This document shows, in pieces, positions 46,183 to 55,972 of a stretch of DNA of 64,000 bases. The position numbers and the translations under genes are program-made. Numbering within the stretch: the stretch's first letter is position 1; the number at the start of each line of letters is the position of its first letter. Source of the stretch: a virus; IMG/VR virus record IMGVR_UViG_3300012922_000006, positions 27,598-91,597 of that record. One strand, 5' to 3'. Below the pieces are notes generated by a model, which saw only the letters and a program-made list of their open reading frames with translations, did not search any database and was not told the origin of the DNA.

Positions 46183-46785
46183 ATGGGTCTCTCGAACTTG
46201 GTGCGGTGCTTCTTCGTCCTGACCCTATTGGTCACCCCCGCGCTCCTCGCGGGCTGCGTCGGTGGCAGCGACGCGATGACGACGCACCCGACCGTCTTCG
46301 TCGACGAGTCGTTCGACGCGTTCCTCCCCGACGTGGTCGCCGGGCTCCGCTCGTGGCCGGGCGTGGTGCCCGACGTCGTCACCGTCTCGCGCGAGGACGT
46401 CCTCGCGCTCGCGCGCACCGCGGAGCCGAACACCGTCTACCTGGTCCGCTCGAGCACGGTCGACCAGGTCGGGTGCCCGTGGGCCGGCCACGACTCCAAC
46501 CTCGGCGGCGAGGCCGCGGTCACGCACCCGTTGGCCGGGCTCACGTGCGTCGCCGCCGACTACGTCGCCCAGCACCCCGCGCTCGACGGCGGCGAGTCGG
46601 CCATGCGGCGCGCCGTAGCGCACGAGTTCGGCCACGAGCTGGGCCTCCGCTTCGACAACGCCGCCGACCCGCACCACTACCCGGGCGGGGGGCGCCTCAT
46701 GAGCGCGGACTACTACGGCCCCGACGCGCCGGCGGAGGAGGACCTCGCCGCCCTCCGCGCGCGCTTCCCCGAGCTGGCCCGCTAG
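46183..46785 (+). CDS. lipoprotein zinc metallopeptidase (metzincin-like)
   Basis: lipobox LLAGC; HEFGHELGL...LM (Met-turn). Confidence 0.72.
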   Translation: MGLSNLVRCFFVLTLLVTPALLAGCVGGSDAMTTHPTVFVDESFDAFLPDVVAGLRSWPGVVPDVVTVSREDVLALARTAEPNTVYLVRSSTVDQVGCPWAGHDSNLGGEAAVTHPLAGLTCVAADYVAQHPALDGGESAMRRAVAHEFGHELGLRFDNAADPHHYPGGGRLMSADYYGPDAPAEEDLAALRARFPELAR

Positions 46786-46897
46786 CGCCTCCGGGGGAAG
46801 CGGGGCGGGGGTGCGGTCGAGAGGCGCTTCAGGAGGCGCTCGGCGGCCTCCAGGGCCTCCCCGGAGCGGTCCATGCCCTCCTGCAGGACCTCGACGC

Positions 46898-47323
46898 CTA
46901 GCCCTCCTCCTGGCGCCCCGGGCGGCGCGGGAGGCGACCCTGGGCCTCGAGCGTCCCCTCGATGCGCCCGATCACCCTGATCACCTGCTCCCATCGCTTG
47001 TTGTTCTCCGTGATGTAGGCGGCGAGGGCCGCGGCGCTGGCGAGATCGTGGGACGAGTCGCTGACGTGGTCGAGCGACTTCTCAAGCTCGACCACGCCGG
47101 CCTTCAGCTCCCCGATGTCTCGCTGGAGCAGCGTCTCCACGTGCTGCAGGCGCTCCGCGCTGACGAGCTTGGCGACCAGCTCCTGCGCCGCCGTGAGGCC
47201 GCGCTCGAGCGCCGCGATCCTCCCGCCGTGCTTCGCCGCGGACATGAACCACCCCCCGACCCCGCCGCCGACCACGCCGGCGAGGGCGACGAGGCCCTTC
47301 TGCGCGAGGTCGGCGACGTCCAC
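46898..47323 (-). CDS. N-terminal TM + coiled-coil protein
   Basis: hydrophobic GxxxG segment followed by heptads. Confidence 0.55.
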   Translation of the reverse strand: MDVADLAQKGLVALAGVVGGGVGGWFMSAAKHGGRIAALERGLTAAQELVAKLVSAERLQHVETLLQRDIGELKAGVVELEKSLDHVSDSSHDLASAAALAAYITENNKRWEQVIRVIGRIEGTLEAQGRLPRRPGRQEEG

Positions 47324-47325
47324 GG

Positions 47326-48951
47326 TCAGAACCGCCAGCCGACCACGCGGAACTTCGGGGCGAGCGAGTTCGTCGCCCCGAAGTTGGCGGACAGGCTGAA
47401 GTCCTGGCGCGTGGGGGGCGTCAGCGTCGGGTAGACGGCCGGGAGCGTGATCCACACCTGGGTCTCCAGCTGGAACAGCGTCCCGCCCACGCCGAAGTCG
47501 GTGTTGACGAGCGGGAGCTTCCTCGCGTGGACCTCGGCCCCCGCGACGCCGACCACGCCCGGCGGGAACACGCCGAGGATGAACTCCCCCGCGTTCAGGC
47601 CGGCGCCGAACGACGCCAGGCGCCACTCCACGTCGACCAGGATGGCCCGGGCGCACGCGGGGTAGTGCGTGTTCGCGACGAGCGAGACCAGCGACGGGTT
47701 CGCGGCCGACCCGGTGACCTGGATGGGGTCCCCGTTCGCCGCCCCGATGTCGCCGGCGTTGCAGGACAGGTACAGCCCGCCCTCGTCCCCGAAGAAGCCG
47801 CGCATCGCGCCCGTGTGGTCCGCGTACCCTGCCGCGACGCAGAGCACCTCCGTGATCGTCGCGCTCCCCGCGAGGCCCGTCGCCGTGGGCAGGCCCACCG
47901 TCCCCGTCGACCTGCCGTCCGCGTCCGGAGCCACCGTCGAGGCGACGAGGATCCCGCGCGGCGACCGCGGGACGCGGGTGCCGGAGACCGCGTCCGTGTA
48001 GCGAGCCCACCGCGGCAGCGCGAACGGGGTCAGCGCGTAGAGGTACCAGGGTCGGTTCGCGACGAGCGCGAACGCGGGGTCCCTGTTCGCCGCGACGGTC
48101 AGGTCGACGGCCTGGGCGTCCACCGCCACGGTGCCCGGCCGGACTCGACCCCCGATGCGCCGCGTGTTGAGCGCCCCCTCGAAGATCCCCGCCGCCGCCG
48201 AGAGGACCGTCGCGTTCCACTGGCTCCACCGGTTGATCGGCTTCGATAGCGCCAGGTTGTACGACGAGAACAGGCGGTCGCTCATGAGGCGGCGCACGTC
48301 CCAGAAGGTCACCTGGTCGCACGACGTGGCGCCCGCCGCGACGCTCGCGACCGCGAGCGGCAGCCACCCCTGCGCGGTGCCCGGGAAGCCGCCGCCGGGC
48401 GTCCCCGCGCGCACGCGGAACGTGAGCGTCGACTGCGTCGCCTTCGTCAGCGTGGTCGCCGTGAAGAGGCCCGTCGTCGGGTTGAAGAGGTCGCGGTTGT
48501 CCGTCTCCGCCACCTGGTCCACCGCGCCCGTGCGCTGGCACTCGACCACGTCGATCCGGATCGACCCCGACGCGTTCGCCGTCATCGCCAGGGCGCCGAC
48601 CGTCGGGATGCCCGGGCTGCGGACGTACTTGTAGACGCTGTCGTCGGCGACCGGCACCGCGTCGGGGTCGACAGCGAAGAGGATCCCCGCGTCGACGAGC
48701 ACGTTGAGGCTCGCGACCTGCGGGCGCACGAGCAGGCCGTTCAGGACCTCCGCGCGGAGCGGGTTCTCCTGCGTGACGAACTCGGTCGCCACGCCGCCGG
48801 CGTCGAGGTCGTCCGTCCCCGAGGAGACGCTCATGATCTGCCGGTAGGCCTCCGCGCGGTCGCGCGCGACGAAGCTCTGCAGCCGGTTGTGGTCCGTGGA
48901 GACGAGGCGCTCCAGCGAGTTGAACGTAATTTTCTCACTGCCACTTGACAC
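47326..48951 (-). CDS. tail/baseplate-associated structural protein (possible fibre or receptor-binding protein)
   Basis: follows the baseplate genes; RIDVVE...GWLPLAVASV motif. Confidence 0.6.
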   Translation of the reverse strand: MSSGSEKITFNSLERLVSTDHNRLQSFVARDRAEAYRQIMSVSSGTDDLDAGGVATEFVTQENPLRAEVLNGLLVRPQVASLNVLVDAGILFAVDPDAVPVADDSVYKYVRSPGIPTVGALAMTANASGSIRIDVVECQRTGAVDQVAETDNRDLFNPTTGLFTATTLTKATQSTLTFRVRAGTPGGGFPGTAQGWLPLAVASVAAGATSCDQVTFWDVRRLMSDRLFSSYNLALSKPINRWSQWNATVLSAAAGIFEGALNTRRIGGRVRPGTVAVDAQAVDLTVAANRDPAFALVANRPWYLYALTPFALPRWARYTDAVSGTRVPRSPRGILVASTVAPDADGRSTGTVGLPTATGLAGSATITEVLCVAAGYADHTGAMRGFFGDEGGLYLSCNAGDIGAANGDPIQVTGSAANPSLVSLVANTHYPACARAILVDVEWRLASFGAGLNAGEFILGVFPPGVVGVAGAEVHARKLPLVNTDFGVGGTLFQLETQVWITLPAVYPTLTPPTRQDFSLSANFGATNSLAPKFRVVGWRF

Positions 48952-48981
48952 TTGGTTTTCTCCTTTGCGTAATCAACGCCC

Positions 48982-49665
48982 GTGGACCGACTTGAGAAGA
49001 ACCGAAGGCGTCACAAGGCTTGGCGAGACGCGAATACCGAGCACGTGAGGCTCAAAGGTAAAGAAGCAGCTCGTCGAAAGCGAGAGAGGCACCCGGAGTA
49101 TGGCCTCTGGCAAGGGATGCACTCGCGTTGCACCAACCCCGGCAACATCAGCTACGCGCGGTACGGCGGACGTGGGATCCGAGTCTGCGAGCGTTGGAAC
49201 TCTTATGAAGCATTCATCTCCGACGTCGGTGCACGACCGAGCCCCAAGCACTCCCTCGATCGCATCGATAACGGCGGCGACTACGAGCCAGGAAACTGCA
49301 GGTGGGCGACGCAGAAAGAGCAGACCCGCAACATGCGGCGTAACTGCTTCATCACGTTTGGGGGTGAGGTCCTCTGCGTAACTGACTGGTCCGCGCGATT
49401 AGGCATCAGCATCGCCGCACTCAAAAAGCGATTGAAGAAGTGGCCCATCGACAAAGCGATGACGTCTCCAAGTCAGAAACCACCCTCAGAAGGACAGAGT
49501 CTGACTGAGAGGGCGCGCCTTCGAGGCATCCCCCCAAGCGTCGTATTCAATCGCATTCGACGATGTGGAATGCGTGTGGAGGAAGCGTTGTCCAGGGCCT
49601 ATGTACCGGTTCCCGCACGTGGGTCACGTGCAGGGCTCGCCCCGCGTCTGGTAGAGCCCGAATGA
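48982..49665 (+). CDS. HNH endonuclease (YGGRGI type), antisense to the tail operon
   Basis: W..MHSRC.NP...YGGRGIRVCERW...SLDRIDN.GDYEPGNCRWAT. Confidence 0.88.
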   Translation: MDRLEKNRRRHKAWRDANTEHVRLKGKEAARRKRERHPEYGLWQGMHSRCTNPGNISYARYGGRGIRVCERWNSYEAFISDVGARPSPKHSLDRIDNGGDYEPGNCRWATQKEQTRNMRRNCFITFGGEVLCVTDWSARLGISIAALKKRLKKWPIDKAMTSPSQKPPSEGQSLTERARLRGIPPSVVFNRIRRCGMRVEEALSRAYVPVPARGSRAGLAPRLVEPE

Positions 49666-51531
49666 GACGCCGTACGCGCGGACCTTGTCCACGGCGGCGA
49701 AGACCCGCCTGTAGAACGACGCAGCGCCCGCGGGGAAGCCGTCGAAGAACGCGAGGTGCGGCGCGCAGTCGTACGCGTCGCTCATCCCCGCGTCGTACGC
49801 GCACCCGAAGTCCCCGAAGTCGACGTTCGGCAGGCCCACGAGGAAGAAGGCGCGGAAGTCCACGTAGTCGAGCCAGACGTGGAAGGCGCTGCTCAGCCGG
49901 TTGTCGAGCCCGGGCGAGACGACCAGGAACGTGGCCCCGCTCTGCAGGCCGACGATGACCTCCCCGCCCGCGAGGGGAGGGAACGGGCCGCGCGGCCTGG
50001 CGACCGTGATCCCCGCACCCGGCGCGGGCTGCGCGGCACCGGACCCGTCGCGGTAGCTCGCCCAGTACCCGCGCCCGTTCACGATGCCCGTCGAGGTCCT
50101 GTACTCGACGGGCTCCTCGAACTGGAACGTCCCGAAGCCGAACCCGTTGAAGCTGATGACCTCCGTGTCGTAGAAGTCGCCGACCGCGTCGGTCCGGTCG
50201 CAGTAGAGCCCGGGGAGGCGCGCCGACCCGACCTCGCGGAGGCACCACCCGACGTCGCCCGCGGACCGGTTGAGCGCGCGCCTGACCGCGTTCGGCGTGA
50301 CCACGTCCGCCACCTGCGCGACGCGCTCGCGGTAGTCCTCGTCGTCCTCGTCGGGCTGCCGCGGGAGGTTCCGCTCCGCGCCGAGCGCGTCGAGCATCCC
50401 GAGGCGCCCGCCCGACGGCGAGAGGGCGTTCGCCGCCGTGAGCTTCCAGTCCGCCGCCCAGTCGAGCACGCGCCACGACGCGCCCCCGACCCCGCCCGAC
50501 GGCGCCTCCGCCGCGTAGTCCCCGCTGGTGAGCAGCACGTCGACGTGCGCCGCCGCGCCGCTCACCCCGCCGAGGAGGTCGTCCCCCGCGACCGGCCCGC
50601 GGCCCTGCACCGCCACGAGCGCGGCGCGGAGGTCCCCGGCACCGTCCTCGCGCGCCGCGAGCAGCGAGCACCGGCCCACGAGCACCGCGCTCGCCAGGAC
50701 GTCGACGACCTCGCCCGCCAGGAAGGTCCCCGCGTGGTCGCCCGTGAAGGAGAGGGTCGCCGCGAGCTGCTCGACGTCCACTGCGCTGCCCGCGCCGTGC
50801 GCCGGGTCGGGCGGCGCGAAGAAGGTCATCCGCCCCGTGCGCCCCGCGTTCGCCCCGTCCGCGAAGTACGCGTACGCGCCGACGTGCTGGGGGACGAACA
50901 TGTCGGCGACGTTCGCGGCGCGCAGGCGCGTGCGGCTCGCCGGGATCGCCACCGACGTAAGGGGCTGACCGGCGTCGACGAGCACGGTGGCGAGTGCGTT
51001 GTTGAAGCCCGCCCCGACCTGCTCGACCGCGCTGATCGTCCCGGGCGCCGGGTTGTCGTAACCGCTGCCAGGCTTCTCCGCGGCGGCGACCACGTCGAGC
51101 GGGCCGACCTCGCCGGGGAAGAACACGACCGTCTCGGAGAGGACGTAGCGGCGCCCCGTGTCGACGCCGACGGGCCCGTCCTCCCCGCTGTCGACGGCGA
51201 CCTCGTCGACGACGACGAGCCCGGCGCCGAGCACGAGCGGGTGCTGGAGGAAGCCGGCGCGCCGGAGGGTCAGGGTCACCGTCGCACTCAGCGACCCGCC
51301 GGCGGGCGGCGCCGTCTGCCCGGAGAAGGGCAGGATGTACAGGGCCTGCGTGGTCCGGTCGACGGCCTGGCTCACGCGCGCGTGCTGCGCGAAGCCCTGC
51401 GAGTACACCTCGAGCCCCCCGCCGTCGCCTGCCTCGGTGAACGGCTTGCTGAAGGTCGAGTCCGTCGCCGACACCCAGAGGGCCAGGAGGTCCTCGAGCG
51501 AGAGCGGTCCCTGCGTGCTCTGGTCGGCCAC
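49624..51531 (-). CDS. baseplate wedge-type structural protein
   Basis: LDALGAERNLPRQPDEDDEDYRER motif; position downstream of baseplate J. Confidence 0.65.
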   Translation of the reverse strand: MADQSTQGPLSLEDLLALWVSATDSTFSKPFTEAGDGGGLEVYSQGFAQHARVSQAVDRTTQALYILPFSGQTAPPAGGSLSATVTLTLRRAGFLQHPLVLGAGLVVVDEVAVDSGEDGPVGVDTGRRYVLSETVVFFPGEVGPLDVVAAAEKPGSGYDNPAPGTISAVEQVGAGFNNALATVLVDAGQPLTSVAIPASRTRLRAANVADMFVPQHVGAYAYFADGANAGRTGRMTFFAPPDPAHGAGSAVDVEQLAATLSFTGDHAGTFLAGEVVDVLASAVLVGRCSLLAAREDGAGDLRAALVAVQGRGPVAGDDLLGGVSGAAAHVDVLLTSGDYAAEAPSGGVGGASWRVLDWAADWKLTAANALSPSGGRLGMLDALGAERNLPRQPDEDDEDYRERVAQVADVVTPNAVRRALNRSAGDVGWCLREVGSARLPGLYCDRTDAVGDFYDTEVISFNGFGFGTFQFEEPVEYRTSTGIVNGRGYWASYRDGSGAAQPAPGAGITVARPRGPFPPLAGGEVIVGLQSGATFLVVSPGLDNRLSSAFHVWLDYVDFRAFFLVGLPNVDFGDFGCAYDAGMSDAYDCAPHLAFFDGFPAGAASFYRRVFAAVDKVRAYGVSFGLYQTRGEPCT

Positions 51532-51551
51532 GGCTGGAGGATGTCACACCG

Positions 51552-51573
51552 AGTCGAGGCCCGGGCCTCGACT
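51552..51573. repeat. 22-bp palindrome, copy 11 (between divergent starts)
   Basis: exact match. Confidence 0.97.
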
Positions 51574-51602
51574 TCAGGCACGCGGTCGGCATCCGCGGGG
51601 GC

Positions 51603-51815
51603 ATGCACACGCAAGATGAGAGAGTCGTCGCGATCGTGGACAACCTGTCGAGCCTGATCCGGAGTCACGCCGGGATGCTCGCCAGCGAGCAGTACATGCC
51701 GAGCGTCGACGCGGACACCAGCGACGACCGGATGAGGGAGCACACGCACTGGGTGAAGGAGCTGCGCGAGATCCGCGAGCGGTTCGAGAACCTCGTGACG
51801 GGCACGGTACCCTGA
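51603..51815 (+). CDS. hypothetical protein
   Basis: ORF with CGGCAT 10 nt upstream. Confidence 0.5.
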   Translation: MHTQDERVVAIVDNLSSLIRSHAGMLASEQYMPSVDADTSDDRMREHTHWVKELREIRERFENLVTGTVP

Positions 51816-51825
51816 GCGACCCGCA

Positions 51826-52065
51826 GTGACGCCCCACCAGCGCAAGGTCCGCAACGCACTCGAGCGCGAGTACCTCGCGGACCTGAAGCGACGAGTGCTC
51901 CGCGCGCCGTGTTCGACGTGTGGCGCCCCGCGGCGGAGGCCGTGCATCCACCTGAGCGGCCCGCGCGTGGGGTCGGAGATGGCGGGCTACCACGGCGCGC
52001 GCACCGATGAGGCCAACCGGCTGGGGTACGTCCGCGGCCCGCGGTACTGGCGGTCCCGTCGCTAG
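51826..52065 (+). CDS. small zinc-finger protein
   Basis: CSTCGA....PC...H.AR. Confidence 0.5.
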   Translation: MTPHQRKVRNALEREYLADLKRRVLRAPCSTCGAPRRRPCIHLSGPRVGSEMAGYHGARTDEANRLGYVRGPRYWRSRR

Positions 52066-53201
52066 GCGGCGACCACGCTCACGTTCCCGGTCGTGGTCCG
52101 CAGCGTCTGCCCGACCGGCGGCACGAGGTCGCCGACGGGCGCGATGATGCTCGACGCGACCGGGTTGCTCGCGCTCTGCGTGTTCACGAGCACGCCGTCC
52201 CCGCGGAAGCGCGAGAGCACCGCCTGCAGGTCGGCGACGTAGAGCGTCCCGTTCACGGGCAGCGAGTTGACGAAGCTGACGACCGCCGCCTGCACCTGCG
52301 TGGAGAGCGCCTGCGTGTCGACGCCCGCCGCGAACGCGAGCGCGACCTGCACCTGCACGATCAGTGGGATCGACGTCGACGTGAGCACCGCGATCCCGCA
52401 GGCGCGGAAGTCGTCGAGCGCGGAGTCGACCAGCTTCGCGAGCGCCCGACTCGCCACGCCGCTCGAGTCCGCGATGTAGAGGTTCACCACGCGCGCGGGC
52501 TGCGCCCCGCCGGCGAGCGCCTCGATCGCCTGCGCGCTGACGACACCCGGCACCGTGAGCGCGCCCGTCTCGATTGCCGCGCGTACGCCGCGCCGCGCCG
52601 ACAGCCAGAAGTTGCGCACGCGGTTCCGGAACGTGTCGTCGTCCTCCACGTCCTCACCGCCCGCGCCCGGCTCGTCGTTGTCGACGGTCAGCGTCTTGTC
52701 GAAGAGGGAGGTCGGCTGCGCGAACCGCGTGAGCGTGTGCGCGCCGACCTCGCCCGCCTTGCCGGCCTGGCTCGCGCGCACGTCCGCCGTCGTCGTGAGG
52801 GAGCCGGCGCCGAACGACGCGACCGTCGTGGTCTCGTACGCGACGTTCGACTGCGACAGCACGCCCGACCCCACGGGCACATCGCCCGCGCCGCCCGCGG
52901 AGGTGGGCCGCGACACCCGGACCGTCGTCACCGCGGGGGAGGCGCCCTTGCGCGCCTGCTGGAACCGGTCGAACGCGTAGCGGTCCAGGTCGTCGCCGCT
53001 CGCCCCGTCGAGGAGCAGGCGGTTCACCGAGTAGCCGAGCTGCTTGACCACGGCGTCCGCGACGACGCTCTGCGAGCCAACGAACACGTTCGCGTCGCTG
53101 CCGACGACGTCCACCTGGGTGGGCTCGATCTTCCTCGCGAACCGGACGAGGTAGCTCCGCCCAATTCCCAAGATATCGAGCCGGGACGGGAGGTCTGCCA
53201 T
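52062..53201 (-). CDS. baseplate J/gp47-family protein
   Basis: ASGDDLD...RKGA.PA; GGEDVEDDDTFRNR; VPGVVSA. Confidence 0.85.
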   Translation of the reverse strand: MADLPSRLDILGIGRSYLVRFARKIEPTQVDVVGSDANVFVGSQSVVADAVVKQLGYSVNRLLLDGASGDDLDRYAFDRFQQARKGASPAVTTVRVSRPTSAGGAGDVPVGSGVLSQSNVAYETTTVASFGAGSLTTTADVRASQAGKAGEVGAHTLTRFAQPTSLFDKTLTVDNDEPGAGGEDVEDDDTFRNRVRNFWLSARRGVRAAIETGALTVPGVVSAQAIEALAGGAQPARVVNLYIADSSGVASRALAKLVDSALDDFRACGIAVLTSTSIPLIVQVQVALAFAAGVDTQALSTQVQAAVVSFVNSLPVNGTLYVADLQAVLSRFRGDGVLVNTQSASNPVASSIIAPVGDLVPPVGQTLRTTTGNVSVVAA

Positions 53202-53236
53202 GCGGAGGAGACTAGAGCACGGCATACGGTCCGCCC

Positions 53237-53796
53237 ATGCCCACGCAAGACACGAGCGACAACCGGAGGCGCGTCCCGGTCCTCTACCTCGACCTGGACG
53301 GGACCGTCCGGCACGGGAAGACGGAGCTGGTCGCTTCGTGAACAGCAGGGAGGACGTCGTCGTCTTCCCCGAGGTCCCCGCGATCCTCCAGCGCTACAAG
53401 GCGCTCGGGTGGCGGATCGCCGGCGTGTCCAACCAGGGAGGCATCGCCCTGGGGATCATGACGATGGAGGACTGCGCCATCGCGATGCAGGAGACGCACG
53501 AACAGTGCGAGTACGTCTTCGACAAGATCGCGTGGTGCCGGCACCACCCCGATGCAGCGGATCCCGAGATGTCGACGTGCTGGTGCCGCAAGCCGCGGCC
53601 GGGGCTCATCATCGAGGTCGCCCACTCGCTCGCGGACAGGTACCCGCGCGAGATGTACCCACCGCACCTCGCGCTCATGGTCGGCGACCGCCCGGAGGAC
53701 AAGGCTGCCGCGGAGGGGGCGGGCGTCGCGTTCCTGGACGCCGCCGAGTGGCGGGCGGGCGCGCACGTCGCGGAGCTGGAAGCTAAGAAGCGCTGA
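53237..53796 (+). pseudogene. HAD-IIIA phosphatase (GmhB/PNKP-like), frameshifted
   Basis: YLDLDGT lies in a frame ending at 53341; SNQGGI, CRKPRPG and MVGDRPED lie in another frame. Confidence 0.75.
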
Positions 53797-54682
53797 TCGG
53801 CACGTCGAGCTTCGCGCTCTGCCCCGCGCGCGTGCGCACGAGCACGATGAGCCGGAAGAGGCCCGGTCGCCGGAGGTCCTGCTGGAGCGTCGCGCTCGCG
53901 GCCTGCACCTCGGGCTCCTGCCGCACCTGCGACTCGGTGAGGACCGCGAGCTGCTGGCGCGCGCTCGCGGACGCGAGGCGCTTCCCGTAGCCGAGGAGGC
54001 CCACGCCGTACGCCGCGCCGAGGTGCGCGAAGCCGCCGGGCGTCGTCATGATCCTGCGGAGGATGCGCTTCTTCAGCGCCGTCAGGCCGTCCTCGAACGC
54101 GTAGTCGCCGGAGTCGTCCACCGCGACCACGCCGAGGTCCGCGAGCGCGTTGCCCGCCGCGACCGCCGCCGAGAGGGTCTGCGGGTTCGCGAAGTCGCGC
54201 GTCGCGCGCGGGCTCGGCGCGCCCATCGTCGGCAGCGCGATCTGCTTGTGGCACCCCGTGAACTGCTGCGTGGTCGTGCCGGGGTCGACCGAGTCGCCGC
54301 CGTCCGCGGACGTGATGAGCGGGGAGGCGGTGACAGCGTAGAGGCTCGGCGACGGCGTCATGGGCCGGTCGAGGGTCAGCTCGAGCACCTGCCCCGTCAT
54401 GAATCCCGAAGCGTCGACGACGGCGACGGCGACGACACCGACGGCGCGCGGCGCCTCGCCGTCGGAGCCCAGCGACGCCGGGTCGGGGACGACGGCGTAG
54501 AACTTCTTCTGCGACGCGTCGGCGGCGTCCCCGAGCTGCGAGAAGTACACGGCCTCGGAGAACACGAGCTGCACCGCGTTCTCGCGCGAGGCGACCGCGG
54601 ACAGGAGCTGGAGCAGGCCCGTCGTCAGGCCCCCCCACGGGCCCGCGCCCCAGCTCCCAGTGCCCCAAGCGCCGTCGCCCAT
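53783..54682 (-). CDS. baseplate gp25/gpW-like domain protein
   Basis: LKKRILRRIMTTPG...YGVGL...QEPEV. Confidence 0.7.
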   Translation of the reverse strand: MGDGAWGTGSWGAGPWGGLTTGLLQLLSAVASRENAVQLVFSEAVYFSQLGDAADASQKKFYAVVPDPASLGSDGEAPRAVGVVAVAVVDASGFMTGQVLELTLDRPMTPSPSLYAVTASPLITSADGGDSVDPGTTTQQFTGCHKQIALPTMGAPSPRATRDFANPQTLSAAVAAGNALADLGVVAVDDSGDYAFEDGLTALKKRILRRIMTTPGGFAHLGAAYGVGLLGYGKRLASASARQQLAVLTESQVRQEPEVQAASATLQQDLRRPGLFRLIVLVRTRAGQSAKLDVPISAS

Positions 54683-54691
54683 GCGGTGAGG

Positions 54692-54982
54692 CTACGACGA
54701 GTCGTCGTCGTCGGGGTCGGGGTCCGCGTTCGGCACCCGCCCCGCTCCCCACGCGAGGCCCGTGTCGACCTTCACCGGGTTGTTCGGGTCGCACTGCAGC
54801 GCGAACGCGATGTGCGGGAGGGGGATCTTCGGCGGGAACGTGAAGGGGAGGACGATCGACAGGCCGATCGTGATGCGCGGGAGGCCGAGGCCGAAGCCGC
54901 AGATCGTCGCCTGCTTCTGCGCCGGTCCGAACGACGCGCCGGCGGTCGGCGTGACGCCGGGGGAGGGAGGTGGGCTGCCCAT
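54692..54982 (-). CDS. small tail-module protein
   Basis: ORF between the spike and gp25-like genes. Confidence 0.5.
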   Translation of the reverse strand: MGSPPPSPGVTPTAGASFGPAQKQATICGFGLGLPRITIGLSIVLPFTFPPKIPLPHIAFALQCDPNNPVKVDTGLAWGAGRVPNADPDPDDDDSS

Positions 54983-54991
54983 CGCGTCCGA

Positions 54992-55972
54992 TTATGAGGC
55001 CAGGAAGCCCGGGCAGCCCAGGTTGGGGAGCCCTGACACCTTCGGCACGGAGAAGGCGGCGACGAGCGCGGCCGCGACGGTCGGGTCGAGGGGGAGGCTC
55101 GACGCGGTGGCGACGAGCGCGGCGAGCGGACCGGGCGACGCGAAGGTCGCGAAGAACGCGACGAGTGCGGGCGGCGCGGTGGCGGCTGTGGCGGCGGCCT
55201 GGAGGAACACGTTCAGGAACCCGAGGACCGCCTCCGCCGTCGTCACGTGCTCCGCCGCGCCGTTGCCGCCCGTGCTCACGCTCAGGAAGCCGGCGGTCTG
55301 GAACTCACTCGCCTGGTCGTCGACGACGAATGCGGAGCCGCCCGCGACCACGGACGCCTGGACCTTCGAGGGGTCGAGCTGGAAGGCGGCGGTGGCGTCC
55401 TTGAGCTGGAAGCTCGACGCATCGTGGCTCATCGCGAGGATGGCGCCGTCGCCGGAGGACAGGAACACCTGCCCCGTCGGGTCGATCGACAACGCGGCTC
55501 CCGTCGTCGCCTGCCGCAGCACGACCGCCGTCGCGCTCTCGATCACGTACGGCTCCACGCACCGGAGGAAGCCGACCGTGTTCTGCGTGACGTCCATCCC
55601 CGCCACCGTCGTTGGGAACACGTCGAGTGCCTGGTTCGCGCGGCCCATGATCACGCAGCCCGACCGCTCGTCGCCGCCCGGCACCGCGACCAGCACCTCG
55701 TCGCCGTCGACGAACGGGTGGTACTCGCCCGTCCCGTTGCCAGCCGTCCTGCCCATCACGCGGCACGGCACCTCGGTGCCCGACGGGTGGAGCTTCACGT
55801 CCACGAGCACGCCGTGCGGGAGCGCGTTCCCGTCCTCGTCGGTGAAGCGCACCGGGTGCTTGTCCGCCGTCCCCGCGACGACGGTGCCCATCGCGAGCCA
55901 CATCCGCGTGTCGACGCCCGGCCCCTTCACGGCCTCGCGCATCGCGGCCACGTCGATCCCACCGTGGTTCAT
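54992..55972 (-). CDS. baseplate spike (gpV/gp5 OB-fold-like)
   Basis: AG.G.G.Y.P..GDEVLVAVPGGD followed by beta-strand repeats. Confidence 0.7.
   Translation of the reverse strand: MNHGGIDVAAMREAVKGPGVDTRMWLAMGTVVAGTADKHPVRFTDEDGNALPHGVLVDVKLHPSGTEVPCRVMGRTAGNGTGEYHPFVDGDEVLVAVPGGDERSGCVIMGRANQALDVFPTTVAGMDVTQNTVGFLRCVEPYVIESATAVVLRQATTGAALSIDPTGQVFLSSGDGAILAMSHDASSFQLKDATAAFQLDPSKVQASVVAGGSAFVVDDQASEFQTAGFLSVSTGGNGAAEHVTTAEAVLGFLNVFLQAAATAATAPPALVAFFATFASPGPLAALVATASSLPLDPTVAAALVAAFSVPKVSGLPNLGCPGFLAS

Noticed and set aside
55085-55103. GTCGAG-N7-CTCGAC as a 13th palindrome copy
   Set aside because: The core and length differ, and it is explained by ordinary codons in the spike gene.
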